From: a virus
Lineage: Duplodnaviria > Caudoviricetes
Length of the DNA stretch: 52,368 nt
IMG/VR virus record: IMGVR_UViG_3300010401_000336
Location: 1-52,368 of that record
Strand: one strand, 5' to 3'
This document shows, one piece after another, positions 38,219-46,274 of the stretch; positions within the stretch are counted from its first letter, which is position 1, and each line of letters opens with the position of its first letter. The position numbers and the translations under genes were made by a program. The notes under the pieces were generated by a model. It did not search any database. It saw nothing but the letters and a program-made list of their open reading frames with translations, and was not told the DNA's origin.

Positions 38219-38451
38219 CTCCCCCTCCGCTTCCCCTGCTCGTCTTGCGAGAGGCAGGACGCCGCCAGCGCGACCAGCTCGCCGAGCGAGCAGAGGCTCT
38301 CGTACGGTCCGGGGAGCGCGGCGACCCGGGAATTCAGCGGCCAGCCTTCCGCGCGTCGCAGCACCTTGGCGGCGATGGTGCTCACCCGATCGCTGGTCTC
38401 CTTCCTCGGCCGGGGCCTGGTGGGGCGGCTGGGTTTGGGTTTCTTCTTCAT
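38215..38451 (-). CDS. Hypothetical basic protein
   Basis: MKKKPKP...LAASCLSQDE; ATGA overlap. Confidence 0.55.
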   Translation of the reverse strand: MKKKPKPSRPTRPRPRKETSDRVSTIAAKVLRRAEGWPLNSRVAALPGPYESLCSLGELVALAASCLSQDEQGKRRGR

Positions 38452-38630
38452 GGTTCTTCCTTCCAAAAGTACGCGAGGCAGGTCAATGCGAAGTTGAACA
38501 CGCATGCAATCGTGACGAAGATCGCCACCGGGTCACGATGGGCGCCCCTCTCGTCAGCGGCGACCATTGCGGAGAGCATCCCGACCATGAATAAGGTGCT
38601 CGTCTCGGTGAGGAATTCGCTGCGCCTCAC
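38448..38630 (-). CDS. Small two-transmembrane protein
   Basis: 60 aa with two hydrophobic stretches; coupled at both ends. Confidence 0.5.
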   Translation of the reverse strand: MRRSEFLTETSTLFMVGMLSAMVAADERGAHRDPVAIFVTIACVFNFALTCLAYFWKEEP

Positions 38631-39211
38631 GTTCCGCTCCCGTCGATGTACGCAATCAGCGCACTCAGCGCCGTCGTGATCTCAACCTGCCAACCCGACC
38701 CGGGTAGCACCGTGTTGCGAACCTGCCCGTCCACGAATTCGCGCGCCGACTTCTTGCCGCCTCGAACGAACGCGTCCTGGTCACCAACGTTCAGCCCGGT
38801 GACCACTGCGCCGCTAATGCCTGGCACCGGCCATTCCCTCCCGCGCGAATCGCGGCGGACGGGATCGGGTGGCACCGGGTCGACCGTGCGGTTCAGCTCG
38901 GGATAGTCGTCTGTTGCGGCGCGCGGGATGGCGGATTCGGAGGGGAGCGGCTGGTTGGGCCTCGCAAAATGAATCGCGGTCTCGCCGGGCCCGAACTCAG
39001 CACCGAGCGGAACGGTGAGCGCGGGCACGTGCACGTTCTTCGGCCCAGCTATCAGTTCGGAAATCTCGTGCTCCGGCGGGTTGAAATCCACTGCCATCTC
39101 GCGCACACGAACCCATCCGAGGTCGAGCATAGCGTCGGTGTCGGGCTCCCAAATCTCCGTAACGCCAGAGTCGTCTCGAACTTCGATGAAGAGGGATCGC
39201 TTGGTGGTCAA
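38627..39211 (-). CDS. Hypothetical protein
   Basis: TTG at 39211 preceded by AAGGAG. Confidence 0.55.
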   Translation of the reverse strand: MTTKRSLFIEVRDDSGVTEIWEPDTDAMLDLGWVRVREMAVDFNPPEHEISELIAGPKNVHVPALTVPLGAEFGPGETAIHFARPNQPLPSESAIPRAATDDYPELNRTVDPVPPDPVRRDSRGREWPVPGISGAVVTGLNVGDQDAFVRGGKKSAREFVDGQVRNTVLPGSGWQVEITTALSALIAYIDGSGT

Positions 39212-39291
39212 CGCTTCTCCTTGGCGCACTCCGGGCACACGCCATCGTCGGGGCGGTCGGAGCCGCAGTCACATTCCTCGATGACGCGCAT
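39208..39291 (-). CDS. 27-aa zinc-finger-like microprotein
   Basis: MRVIEECDCGSDRPDDGVCPECAKEKR; start and stop overlap both neighbours. Confidence 0.45.
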   Translation of the reverse strand: MRVIEECDCGSDRPDDGVCPECAKEKR

Positions 39292-39635
39292 CAATCGGCG
39301 ACCCGTCTCCATCCCTCGGGCGCGCCCTCTCGCTGCTGGACGACCTCCCAGATCGCACCGAGCCCGCACAGTCCGACCGTCTCGTGCGTGTCGAACGAAC
39401 GCTCGTGCACCGCGTGGAGCACATCCAGTTCACTCACGAGGTAGCAGACCATTGGATCGGCGCCTTAGTACATCTTGGCGCCGGCGGCATCGACGATATG
39501 GTGATGGCCGGTCTCAGAGTGCCCGACGATGAGCCGCCCACCATCCTCCTTCGCTGCCTTCGCGCCACCCGGCAACTTGTCGATCCTCCTGAACGCAACA
39601 TCGCCCTGGAATCCGCACTTCGTAATTTGCTTCAT
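39291..39635 (-). pseudogene. DUF6745-partner His-rich protein interrupted by an in-frame TAA
   Basis: FQGDV...HSETGHHH...KMY, then TAA (39467-39465), then GADPMVCYL...HERSFDTHE...WEVVQQREGAPEGWRRVAD in the same frame. Confidence 0.7.
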
Positions 39636-40693
39636 GTTCTTGCCTCTCGGTTTCTGATGTCTTCTTCTGTAAATCCTGGGTATGTCCAGGCGTTCGCTTG
39701 CAAGGCCGTCCGCATCTCGCGCGGCACAGGCAGAACGAATGACCGCTTCGTGCCGCACTGCACGCGCAAAAACTTTTCGTTAGGTGCGTCTGGCAAGTTA
39801 ACCTCAAGCAACTCACCAACTTCCGGGTCGCGATCCTGATCGATCACTTTAGCGTCAAGCTTCGCCAGGATCTTGCTCCAGCCAATCAGTTCCGCCGCCG
39901 CTCGTCTCTGCTCGACGTTCGGCCAGTTGAGCGCGAGCTCCGGCTCGAGGTCTGCGCCCTTTTCGATCCATTCACTCGGCACACGCGTCCCGTTGACCGC
40001 GTAGATCGCCCAGCCGTCCGGGTACATTACCGCCGGCCCGGTCGCACAATGCAATCGACCAGCTGCGTTCCGCACGAGGACAGAATGCCGCTCGGACACC
40101 CAACAAATTCCGGCGTGAGGAATCGCCCAACCAGCTGACTCGCAGAGTCCGGTTAGGCCAAGCAGCGGCGCCGTGCTCTTCTTTAGCGCTAGCGCTTCTC
40201 GGAAGTATGCGTAGAAGCCCAGCCAGTTCGCGTCATGCTGCCCATATACGCTGGCCCGCACGCTGTCCCACACGCTGGCCCGCACGCTGGCCCGCACGCT
40301 GGCCCCCACGCTGGCCCACACGCTGTCCCGCACGCTGTCCCGCACGCTGTCCCACACGCTGGCCCCCACGCTGGCCCACACGCTGGCCCACACGCTGGCC
40401 CGCACGCTGGCCCGCACGCTGTCCCCCACGCTGTCCCCCACGCTGGCCCCGATCTCTTTGATCATCCGCTCATCGAGCACGATCGCGCGCACTAGCCCCT
40501 GCGACATCGGCGACCCGCACCACACGATCTTCTTCGGGGGCTCCAGCTTGGCAGCTCGGTACATCGACCGAATCGATCGCTCCGCCTTGGGGCGATCCGC
40601 CGGTTCCGTGCACAGACCGATCTTCGTCCAGCGTTCGACGAACTCGGGGAAGCGAGCGATTTGTTCTGGCGTGAGCGACTCGATCTTTTTCAT
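39632..40693 (-). CDS. DUF6745-domain protein with SVxx tetrapeptide repeats
   Basis: TEPADRPKAE, WCGSP, the repeat tract, GQHDANWLGFY, GRLHCATGPAVMYPDGWAIY and NVEQRRA. Confidence 0.85.
   Translation of the reverse strand: MKKIESLTPEQIARFPEFVERWTKIGLCTEPADRPKAERSIRSMYRAAKLEPPKKIVWCGSPMSQGLVRAIVLDERMIKEIGASVGDSVGDSVRASVRASVWASVWASVGASVWDSVRDSVRDSVWASVGASVRASVRASVWDSVRASVYGQHDANWLGFYAYFREALALKKSTAPLLGLTGLCESAGWAIPHAGICWVSERHSVLVRNAAGRLHCATGPAVMYPDGWAIYAVNGTRVPSEWIEKGADLEPELALNWPNVEQRRAAAELIGWSKILAKLDAKVIDQDRDPEVGELLEVNLPDAPNEKFLRVQCGTKRSFVLPVPREMRTALQANAWTYPGFTEEDIRNREART
40248..40450 (-). repeat. 12-bp coding minisatellite AGC GTG (G/C/T)GG G(A/C)C, 16 full units
   Basis: Read directly from the sequence; encodes SV[G/R/W][D/A]. 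Confidence 0.95.
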
Positions 40694-40748
40694 CGGCTTC
40701 TCTTCTGGTCTTGTAGGTCGGAGCCGCAGGGGCATTGCTCCAGGAGAG

Positions 40749-41411
40749 TCACTTGGTCGCCTCTCCGAGTTTCGCGAGCGACCGCCCCAGGTTTGCCCGG
40801 GCCTTCCGCTCCCACCGTGTGCGCCCGTAGTCCGTCATGTAGATCCATGGCCGCGCAGCGAAGCGCCTCAGGATGACGGCTCGGGCGGTAGCGAAAAGCA
40901 GATCGGGAACGTGCGCCCACTCCTCGCGCACGAGTTGTTCGTACCGGTCGAACGCTTCCTCGTTGGCGCCAAGGATCGAGAGGTCGGCGTCGCAGATGAT
41001 CGCCTCGTCGTGACGCAGGGGGACGCGGTCGTGAGCCGTGGCCACCACTAAGCGCGCAACCGTGGCACATTCCACATACCCCAGGCCGGCCGCTTGCGCT
41101 GCCCTTGACGCTTCGTTGCCGCTCACCTCTTCGTCGGTGGGCTCACCGGCTGAAACCCAGTCGTGAAACCAAAACGCCCAGCGGATCAGATCCCACTCGC
41201 GCGATTGAAACTTGGCGCCACGCGTTCTGTCCTCGTCGGCCATGTCGTCGATCCGCTTCAGCCCCCAGCCGATGTGCTCCAGCGTATGATAGCGGCGCAT
41301 CGGCGAGGAGTAAGCCGCCTCGATCCGATCGAACAGCATCGGGTCCGGCTCGGTCAACGGACCCACGAGATCGCGGACCAGCTGGTTGAATTGCTCGCGC
41401 GTCGCTTTCAT
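40749..41411 (-). CDS. HD-superfamily metal-dependent phosphohydrolase (COG4339-like)
   Basis: RRYHTLEHI, FWFHD, DADLSILG, VREEWAHVP and ARANL motifs. Confidence 0.85.
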   Translation of the reverse strand: MKATREQFNQLVRDLVGPLTEPDPMLFDRIEAAYSSPMRRYHTLEHIGWGLKRIDDMADEDRTRGAKFQSREWDLIRWAFWFHDWVSAGEPTDEEVSGNEASRAAQAAGLGYVECATVARLVVATAHDRVPLRHDEAIICDADLSILGANEEAFDRYEQLVREEWAHVPDLLFATARAVILRRFAARPWIYMTDYGRTRWERKARANLGRSLAKLGEATK

Positions 41412-41731
41412 CGAATCGAACTCCTGGCCATGGCCCAACCGACTGCGGTTGGCGGGAACCGAGCGATCGGAACCAGCGGTCCGGTCAGGTCGCTAAAATG
41501 CGGGTCGAGAACGGATGCGGATCGCAACCGCGCCTCGTTGGCCTTGTAGACCGCTAACTTCCTCCCTCCGTAGCTCGCCGCGTCCGGGTAGCGGATCTCG
41601 GCGACGCAATACACGCCAACCTGCTCGATATTCAGAATCTCGAAGCGGCGCGGGTTTGGATCGCCAGGCTCGGGCGTTCCGGATATGAGACGATCTGGGC
41701 TGCTGCTGCCGCCGAAAAGTCTTAGGCCCAT
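41408..41731 (-). CDS. Hypothetical phage protein
   Basis: PNPRRFEI...IRYPD...GRK...LDPHF...PIARFPPT..GW. Confidence 0.65.
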   Translation of the reverse strand: MGLRLFGGSSSPDRLISGTPEPGDPNPRRFEILNIEQVGVYCVAEIRYPDAASYGGRKLAVYKANEARLRSASVLDPHFSDLTGPLVPIARFPPTAVGWAMARSSIR

Positions 41732-41783
41732 GATGTGTCCTTCGCGCTGACCGAGCCGCAGGGGCAGAATTCGAGGAGGTGGA

Positions 41784-41972
41784 TCAAAGCGTTTCCTTCG
41801 CGCGATGCAGCTCGTTCCAAGTCTTGCCCAGCCACGCGTAGAACAAGGCTGCGCAGCCGTGGCACAGGTCAAACGGGGCCCTCTCGCAATCGGTGAGACC
41901 GATCTCTCCTTCGTGGCCGTCGCGGGTGAAAACGTGGCCGCACCGGTCGCACGAGCTGGTGGTCTTCTTCAC
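41784..41972 (-). CDS. Small zinc-finger-like protein
   Basis: CDRCG...DLCHGC. Confidence 0.6.
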   Translation of the reverse strand: MKKTTSSCDRCGHVFTRDGHEGEIGLTDCERAPFDLCHGCAALFYAWLGKTWNELHRAKETL

Positions 41973-42163
41973 TTGGCCCCTCCCACCTTCACCACCCTAA
42001 CCGCATACCCCATCACCGTCCTGTGCGTGTCGAACTGACACGCGGCGGTGACGTGGAGGTCGATGGCGCCGGAGTTGGGGCGGGTGGCGATGAACCAAGG
42101 GTCGGCATTGTATCTTGCACCGAGCGCTTCGGCGGCGGTGGTGAGTTTTACTGTGCCGGTCAC
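41969..42163 (-). CDS. Hypothetical protein
   Basis: GTGA overlaps at both ends. Confidence 0.45.
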   Translation of the reverse strand: MTGTVKLTTAAEALGARYNADPWFIATRPNSGAIDLHVTAACQFDTHRTVMGYAVRVVKVGGAK

Positions 42164-43185
42164 GATCCGTACCTCCGGTCGTCGTCCTCTTCGGGGTTCC
42201 AGGTGTTGGGATGGATGCCCTCTCTTGCGCACTTCTCCAAGTACCTGCGCTCCACGTCGTCGTCGCTCTCGAAGCTCGCGAAGTCGCTGTTCCAGAACAG
42301 CTCCACGATCCGATTGCGCGGCCCGTTCTTCACCTTGTCGACGAATAGGCACTTCGTCCCCACCGGTAGAATCTTACCGCCACCCATGTCGAGCGGTGCC
42401 GTCGGCTCGAAGCCCAAGACGATGACCTCGGCCGCGTGCGCCATGTCGCGGCACTCGCGGATGTTGTCGCGCGTTGGGATCTTCGTGTTCTCGCCCGTGG
42501 TGAGCTGCGAGAACAGTACGCCGCTGATCTTCGCGTCCTTGATCACGTGGCGTAGCACGCTCGCGATCTCGCGGAACTTGACGCGCTCGTCCTGGAACCG
42601 GCGCTTGCTCCGGAACTCCTGCACGTAGTCGAACGCCACAAGATCGATTCGGTGCTCCTTGATGATCTTGCCGAGGTGCCCCGCGAGGTCCTCCACAGGA
42701 TACCGGCGGGCATCGACGAACACGGGCAGCTCCTCGGCCGCGACAACCACGTCGGCGACGCGCCCTGACTCGTCATCCTCGAGCTTCTTGTCGCGATACC
42801 GCATCGCATCCACGCGAGCGCGGCGCACCATCAATCGGTCGCCATAGACCTCCTCGGTGTCCTCGCTGGAGACGATGAGCACGCGCTTGCCCGCCCGGAT
42901 GTTGTCGTCCGTGAACGCAACCAGGAAGCTCGACTTGCCCCACGAGGTCGTCGCGCCGAACAGCCAGGTGAAGCCGGGACGAAAGCCGCCGGTGATGGCG
43001 TCGAGCGCCTTATGCCCGGTGCGGCATTGGACCCCCGGCGCTTCCTTCAGCTTTACCACCGAGGACTCGAGCAAATCCTTCACGGTGAGCACGCGCGGCA
43101 CGTTCAGCGCGAGCGGGCGGACGTTCGCTTTCGTGTCCGGCAGCGGCTTGCCCGCGGCGTGAAGGTCCGCTTGGTCTTCGCTCAT
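42160..43185 (-). CDS. dnaB: DnaB-like replicative helicase (C-terminal domain)
   Basis: TGHKALDAITGGFRPG, GATTSWGKS, FDYVQ, FSQL and DKVKNGP motifs. Confidence 0.9.
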   Translation of the reverse strand: MSEDQADLHAAGKPLPDTKANVRPLALNVPRVLTVKDLLESSVVKLKEAPGVQCRTGHKALDAITGGFRPGFTWLFGATTSWGKSSFLVAFTDDNIRAGKRVLIVSSEDTEEVYGDRLMVRRARVDAMRYRDKKLEDDESGRVADVVVAAEELPVFVDARRYPVEDLAGHLGKIIKEHRIDLVAFDYVQEFRSKRRFQDERVKFREIASVLRHVIKDAKISGVLFSQLTTGENTKIPTRDNIRECRDMAHAAEVIVLGFEPTAPLDMGGGKILPVGTKCLFVDKVKNGPRNRIVELFWNSDFASFESDDDVERRYLEKCAREGIHPNTWNPEEDDDRRYGS

Positions 43186-44216
43186 GCTGCCTCGGGCTCC
43201 TCGACGGTCCAGCGGAACACCTGCGCGCGATGCTTGACGCTCTGCTCGATGGCGTCCGCGTAGCGATTGCCTGCGCTATCCAGGTGCGTGAGGATCGTGA
43301 TCTCCGAGCCGTAGGGAACGCGCTCCGCGAACTCAGCTGTCCAGCTCCCCGAGCCGACGCCGACGATGACCTCGCTCGGGAACGTGATCGAGCGCACGAG
43401 CCAATCGGGCTCTCCCTCGCAGAGAACAACCGAGCTCGGGGACAGGTCGCCGCGAAGCCACCGTTGCGCCCGCTGGTTTGCGAGCACGAGAGCGGACGCG
43501 CGAAATCCGACCGGTGGCACGCGCTTCGGCGTCAACGCTTCCCCGGTCACCAGCCACGCGCGGACGCTCCGCATTTGGCCGGCGGCGTCGTACACGGGGA
43601 CGACCACGCGGTGGCCGCTGAGGTTCCAGTTGCGACCCCTGTACTTTGCCCAGCCGGGCACCCGCTCGTGGTGCGCGCCGGGATGGATCACCCTGGCGAG
43701 GTCGTGCCGAGCAACGGTCGCCGGGTCGATGCGCCGGCCCTCGAGCATGCCCATGGCGGCCAGGTCTTCGGTCACCGGGATGCACGAGAGCCACAGGTCG
43801 AGAACGTCACCGAGCGGCGGGTAGTCGCGCTCCGGCTCGGGATCGGCTTGCTGTGGCACCACGCGCCTCGCTGGCGCCGGTTTGCCTCCCCGGACTTGCT
43901 GGGCGTCGTCCGCCATGCCGGCGGCATCCAGGGCGGCGGCCAGGACGGACCGAAACTCGCGCGCCGGGTCGAGCCCGTTGACGGCGGCCACGAGGGTCAG
44001 GAGGTCACCGGTCCACTCGCACCCGTGGCACTTCACGGCCAGCGTTTCGCCCCGTCGGTGAAGCGAGCACGAGGCCCGGGACTCTTGGTGCACCGGGCAG
44101 CTCACGAGCGCGTAGGACCCGCCGTCGTGGGCAACCTTGAGCCCCAATGCCTTGGCCACAGCGAGTGGCCGCGAGAGGCGCTGACGGACTTCGCGCACGA
44201 GGTCGCGGTCGGTCAT
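43182..44216 (-). CDS. DNA primase (CHC2 zinc finger + Toprim)
   Basis: CPVHQE...CHGC, VVLCEGEPD and THLDSAG motifs. Confidence 0.8.
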   Translation of the reverse strand: MTDRDLVREVRQRLSRPLAVAKALGLKVAHDGGSYALVSCPVHQESRASCSLHRRGETLAVKCHGCEWTGDLLTLVAAVNGLDPAREFRSVLAAALDAAGMADDAQQVRGGKPAPARRVVPQQADPEPERDYPPLGDVLDLWLSCIPVTEDLAAMGMLEGRRIDPATVARHDLARVIHPGAHHERVPGWAKYRGRNWNLSGHRVVVPVYDAAGQMRSVRAWLVTGEALTPKRVPPVGFRASALVLANQRAQRWLRGDLSPSSVVLCEGEPDWLVRSITFPSEVIVGVGSGSWTAEFAERVPYGSEITILTHLDSAGNRYADAIEQSVKHRAQVFRWTVEEPEAA

Positions 44217-45043
44217 AGGCCCTCGGCTCCGAAACGAACGCCGGCTGGGAGTTCCATTTTGGGCATGCCGTCGGAATCAACGTCTGGTTTTTTTGGTTTT
44301 TTGCTGGGGTCACGCCAATCGCCAGTGACGGCAGCGGCGAGGCATTTGCGCCAGCTGACCAGCGTCCGAAGATCGGCTTGGTCAGCAACGGCCTTGGCCA
44401 CGAACTTTTGGGTAATGGCAACGATCGCCCATTCTGGAACCGAGATCCCGCCGGTAGCCAACGTCGCGATCTGGGCCTCGGAAAGCTGCAAATCGGCCGG
44501 GCATGGCTGCGGCTGCTCCGGATCCGGAGCGGTAGTGGCAGGGAGTGGAAGGGCAGGGGGAGAGGAAGCGGAAGGGATCCCCGCGCCCGTGTGCGCGCGA
44601 GGGGGCGAAGAATCATCACTCTTCGGCAATTCTTCGCCCGTCTCACTCGCGCTTTCTTTGCCACCAGTCTTCGGTTTTTCTTCGCCCGAAGACTTTCGTT
44701 TCTTCGGTTTCTTTTTCTCGTAGCTCTTCGCTGCGCGAGCGCGCCCGTTTTTCCGCTCGGCCTCCACTTGCTCGCGGCTTTGGTTCCATTTCGTGAATTC
44801 GTGGATCAGGTAGCCGCCCGGCGCCTTGTCCCACAGGCCCACCCTTACGAGCGCCTTGGCCAGCTTGGTGGCGCTCATGAACGGGTAGAGCAAGCCGAGC
44901 ATCCGCTCCGGGATGAAACCGTCACGCGCCGGCTGCCGGTTCGCGTACATGAGCCCGCACGCCCAGAGCCAACAGGCTTCAGCCCCTGCGTCGAGTTGCT
45001 TGCGGTGCTCGTTCGCGCGGTCATCAATTTTCGCCCAGCTCAC
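44213..45043 (-). CDS. Phage replication initiator-like protein
   Basis: SWAKIDD...HRK, DGFIP, LVRVGLW and YLIHEF; precedes primase and helicase. Confidence 0.7.
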   Translation of the reverse strand: MSWAKIDDRANEHRKQLDAGAEACWLWACGLMYANRQPARDGFIPERMLGLLYPFMSATKLAKALVRVGLWDKAPGGYLIHEFTKWNQSREQVEAERKNGRARAAKSYEKKKPKKRKSSGEEKPKTGGKESASETGEELPKSDDSSPPRAHTGAGIPSASSPPALPLPATTAPDPEQPQPCPADLQLSEAQIATLATGGISVPEWAIVAITQKFVAKAVADQADLRTLVSWRKCLAAAVTGDWRDPSKKPKKPDVDSDGMPKMELPAGVRFGAEGL

Positions 45044-45570
45044 TGTTCCTCCCCGTGAATTCGATCGTGGCACTCTTCGCAGATCGCTCGCAGTTCCCAC
45101 AGGAACTCTTTCCCTACATGCTTGTAGGTAAGGTGATGCACTTGCGTGGCCGCCTGCGTTCCGCATCCTTCGCAGATCCCGCCCGCTCGTCGCCTAACTT
45201 GCGCCGCTCGTTCCCTCCAGGCGGGAGACCTCAGGTAGGCGTTGTACCAATCCCACCATTCCTTGTTTTGCTGGAGGCGGGCGCGCTCGATTCGCTCACA
45301 CTCGGCCTTGCGCTGTTCGGCCATCAGCTTGTTGTGCTGACGGTTCTCCACCGCGTTCAGGCAGATTTTGCAGGTGCCCCTACCGGTAGTTGCTATCTTG
45401 CCCGGAACCGCTCGGAGCCACTTGCCGCACAATGTGCGCTCGGTGTTCTCGGCGTCCACGAGGTGGACCTTGCCCGGGCCGAACTCGTGTGGGTCAGCCG
45501 CCCAAAGACCAGCTGCGATGTTCAAGCTGCCCTCGGTTTCCAGCGCGTCGCGTTCTTTGCGCCCCGCCAT
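45040..45570 (-). CDS. HNH endonuclease-like protein
   Basis: YLRSPAW, CEGCG, VHHLTY and LRAICEECHDRIH. Confidence 0.85.
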   Translation of the reverse strand: MAGRKERDALETEGSLNIAAGLWAADPHEFGPGKVHLVDAENTERTLCGKWLRAVPGKIATTGRGTCKICLNAVENRQHNKLMAEQRKAECERIERARLQQNKEWWDWYNAYLRSPAWRERAAQVRRRAGGICEGCGTQAATQVHHLTYKHVGKEFLWELRAICEECHDRIHGEEQ

Positions 45571-46019
45571 TCGCTAGCGGCGTCGTATGCCCACCAGAGA
45601 TCTCTGCTGCTCCCGTTGCACGAACGGCAAGACCAGCGCCCGCCCTCAGAGACGATCGTCGGTGACTTGCACGCGAGGCAGAACGTTAGAATAGCTCGGT
45701 CCCAACCGCCCTCAGCTTCGTAGATCTCGCCGATAAACTTGTCGGCGCCTGAGATGAGAATGGCAGCATCACCAGTCCAGCCGCCGTTCAGAATCTTCCG
45801 CTTCGCCGCGCGAATGTCTTCGTCGAGCGGCTTGATCTCGGTGAGGAGCGGCCGCTTCCTGAAGCCGAGATCAAAGTCGGGCAGGTACCCGTCTAGATCC
45901 ACCGGCTCGTAGTCCCACTTCCACTTGAGGGCCGTGAACAGATGCGCCCACGTCGCCTCAAGTCGTGAGCGAAACGTCACGCCGGCAAAGCTTGTGATGA
46001 TGCCGCGTCTAACGGGCAT
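45522..46019 (-). CDS. PD-(D/E)xK nuclease
   Basis: FRSRLEATWA, WDYEP, YLPDF and EIKP motifs. Confidence 0.8.
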   Translation of the reverse strand: MPVRRGIITSFAGVTFRSRLEATWAHLFTALKWKWDYEPVDLDGYLPDFDLGFRKRPLLTEIKPLDEDIRAAKRKILNGGWTGDAAILISGADKFIGEIYEAEGGWDRAILTFCLACKSPTIVSEGGRWSCRSCNGSSRDLWWAYDAASEWRGAKNATRWKPRAA

Positions 46020-46042
46020 TCGTTAGCCTTCCGCCCATTCCA

Positions 46043-46220
46043 GGCGCCACCAGCCCGCGAAGTGCGGGATGTCCACTCGGGCTCATACTCCGAGGGGTGA
46101 CGACCGTAGCACGATTGCCGCACTCACCGCTAGCAAACGATGACAAAAAAGCGACCTGGCCAGCAGCGACGGTATGAGCGTCGAGCAGACCAGGCCGGAC
46201 CGCAACCTTTCGGCGCGGAC
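46043..46220 (-). ncRNA. Putative structured regulatory RNA (GAAA hairpin, terminator-like hairpin, three-way junction)
   Basis: Hand-folded stems. Loop sequences GCUCAUAC and GUAUGAGC are complementary, and there is a U6 tract at 46150-46145. Confidence 0.5.
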
Positions 46221-46274
46221 TAGATGAGGTGAGCACGTCGCCGCGCGGGGACGCAAGCTGAACAGCCGGAGGGG

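Noticed and set aside
39465-39467. Genome-wide stop-codon reassignment
   Set aside because: TAA, TAG and TGA all end well-defined genes (for example capsid and integrase end in TAA), and only one internal stop was found.
40248-40450. CRISPR array
   Set aside because: Contiguous 12-bp in-frame units with no spacers, and no cas genes.
43230-44723. 497-aa plus-strand ORF and similar long antisense ORFs (850-1671, 13683-14642, 34652-35560, 49918-50970)
   Set aside because: Shadows of well-supported minus-strand genes in GC-rich DNA, with no recognisable motifs.
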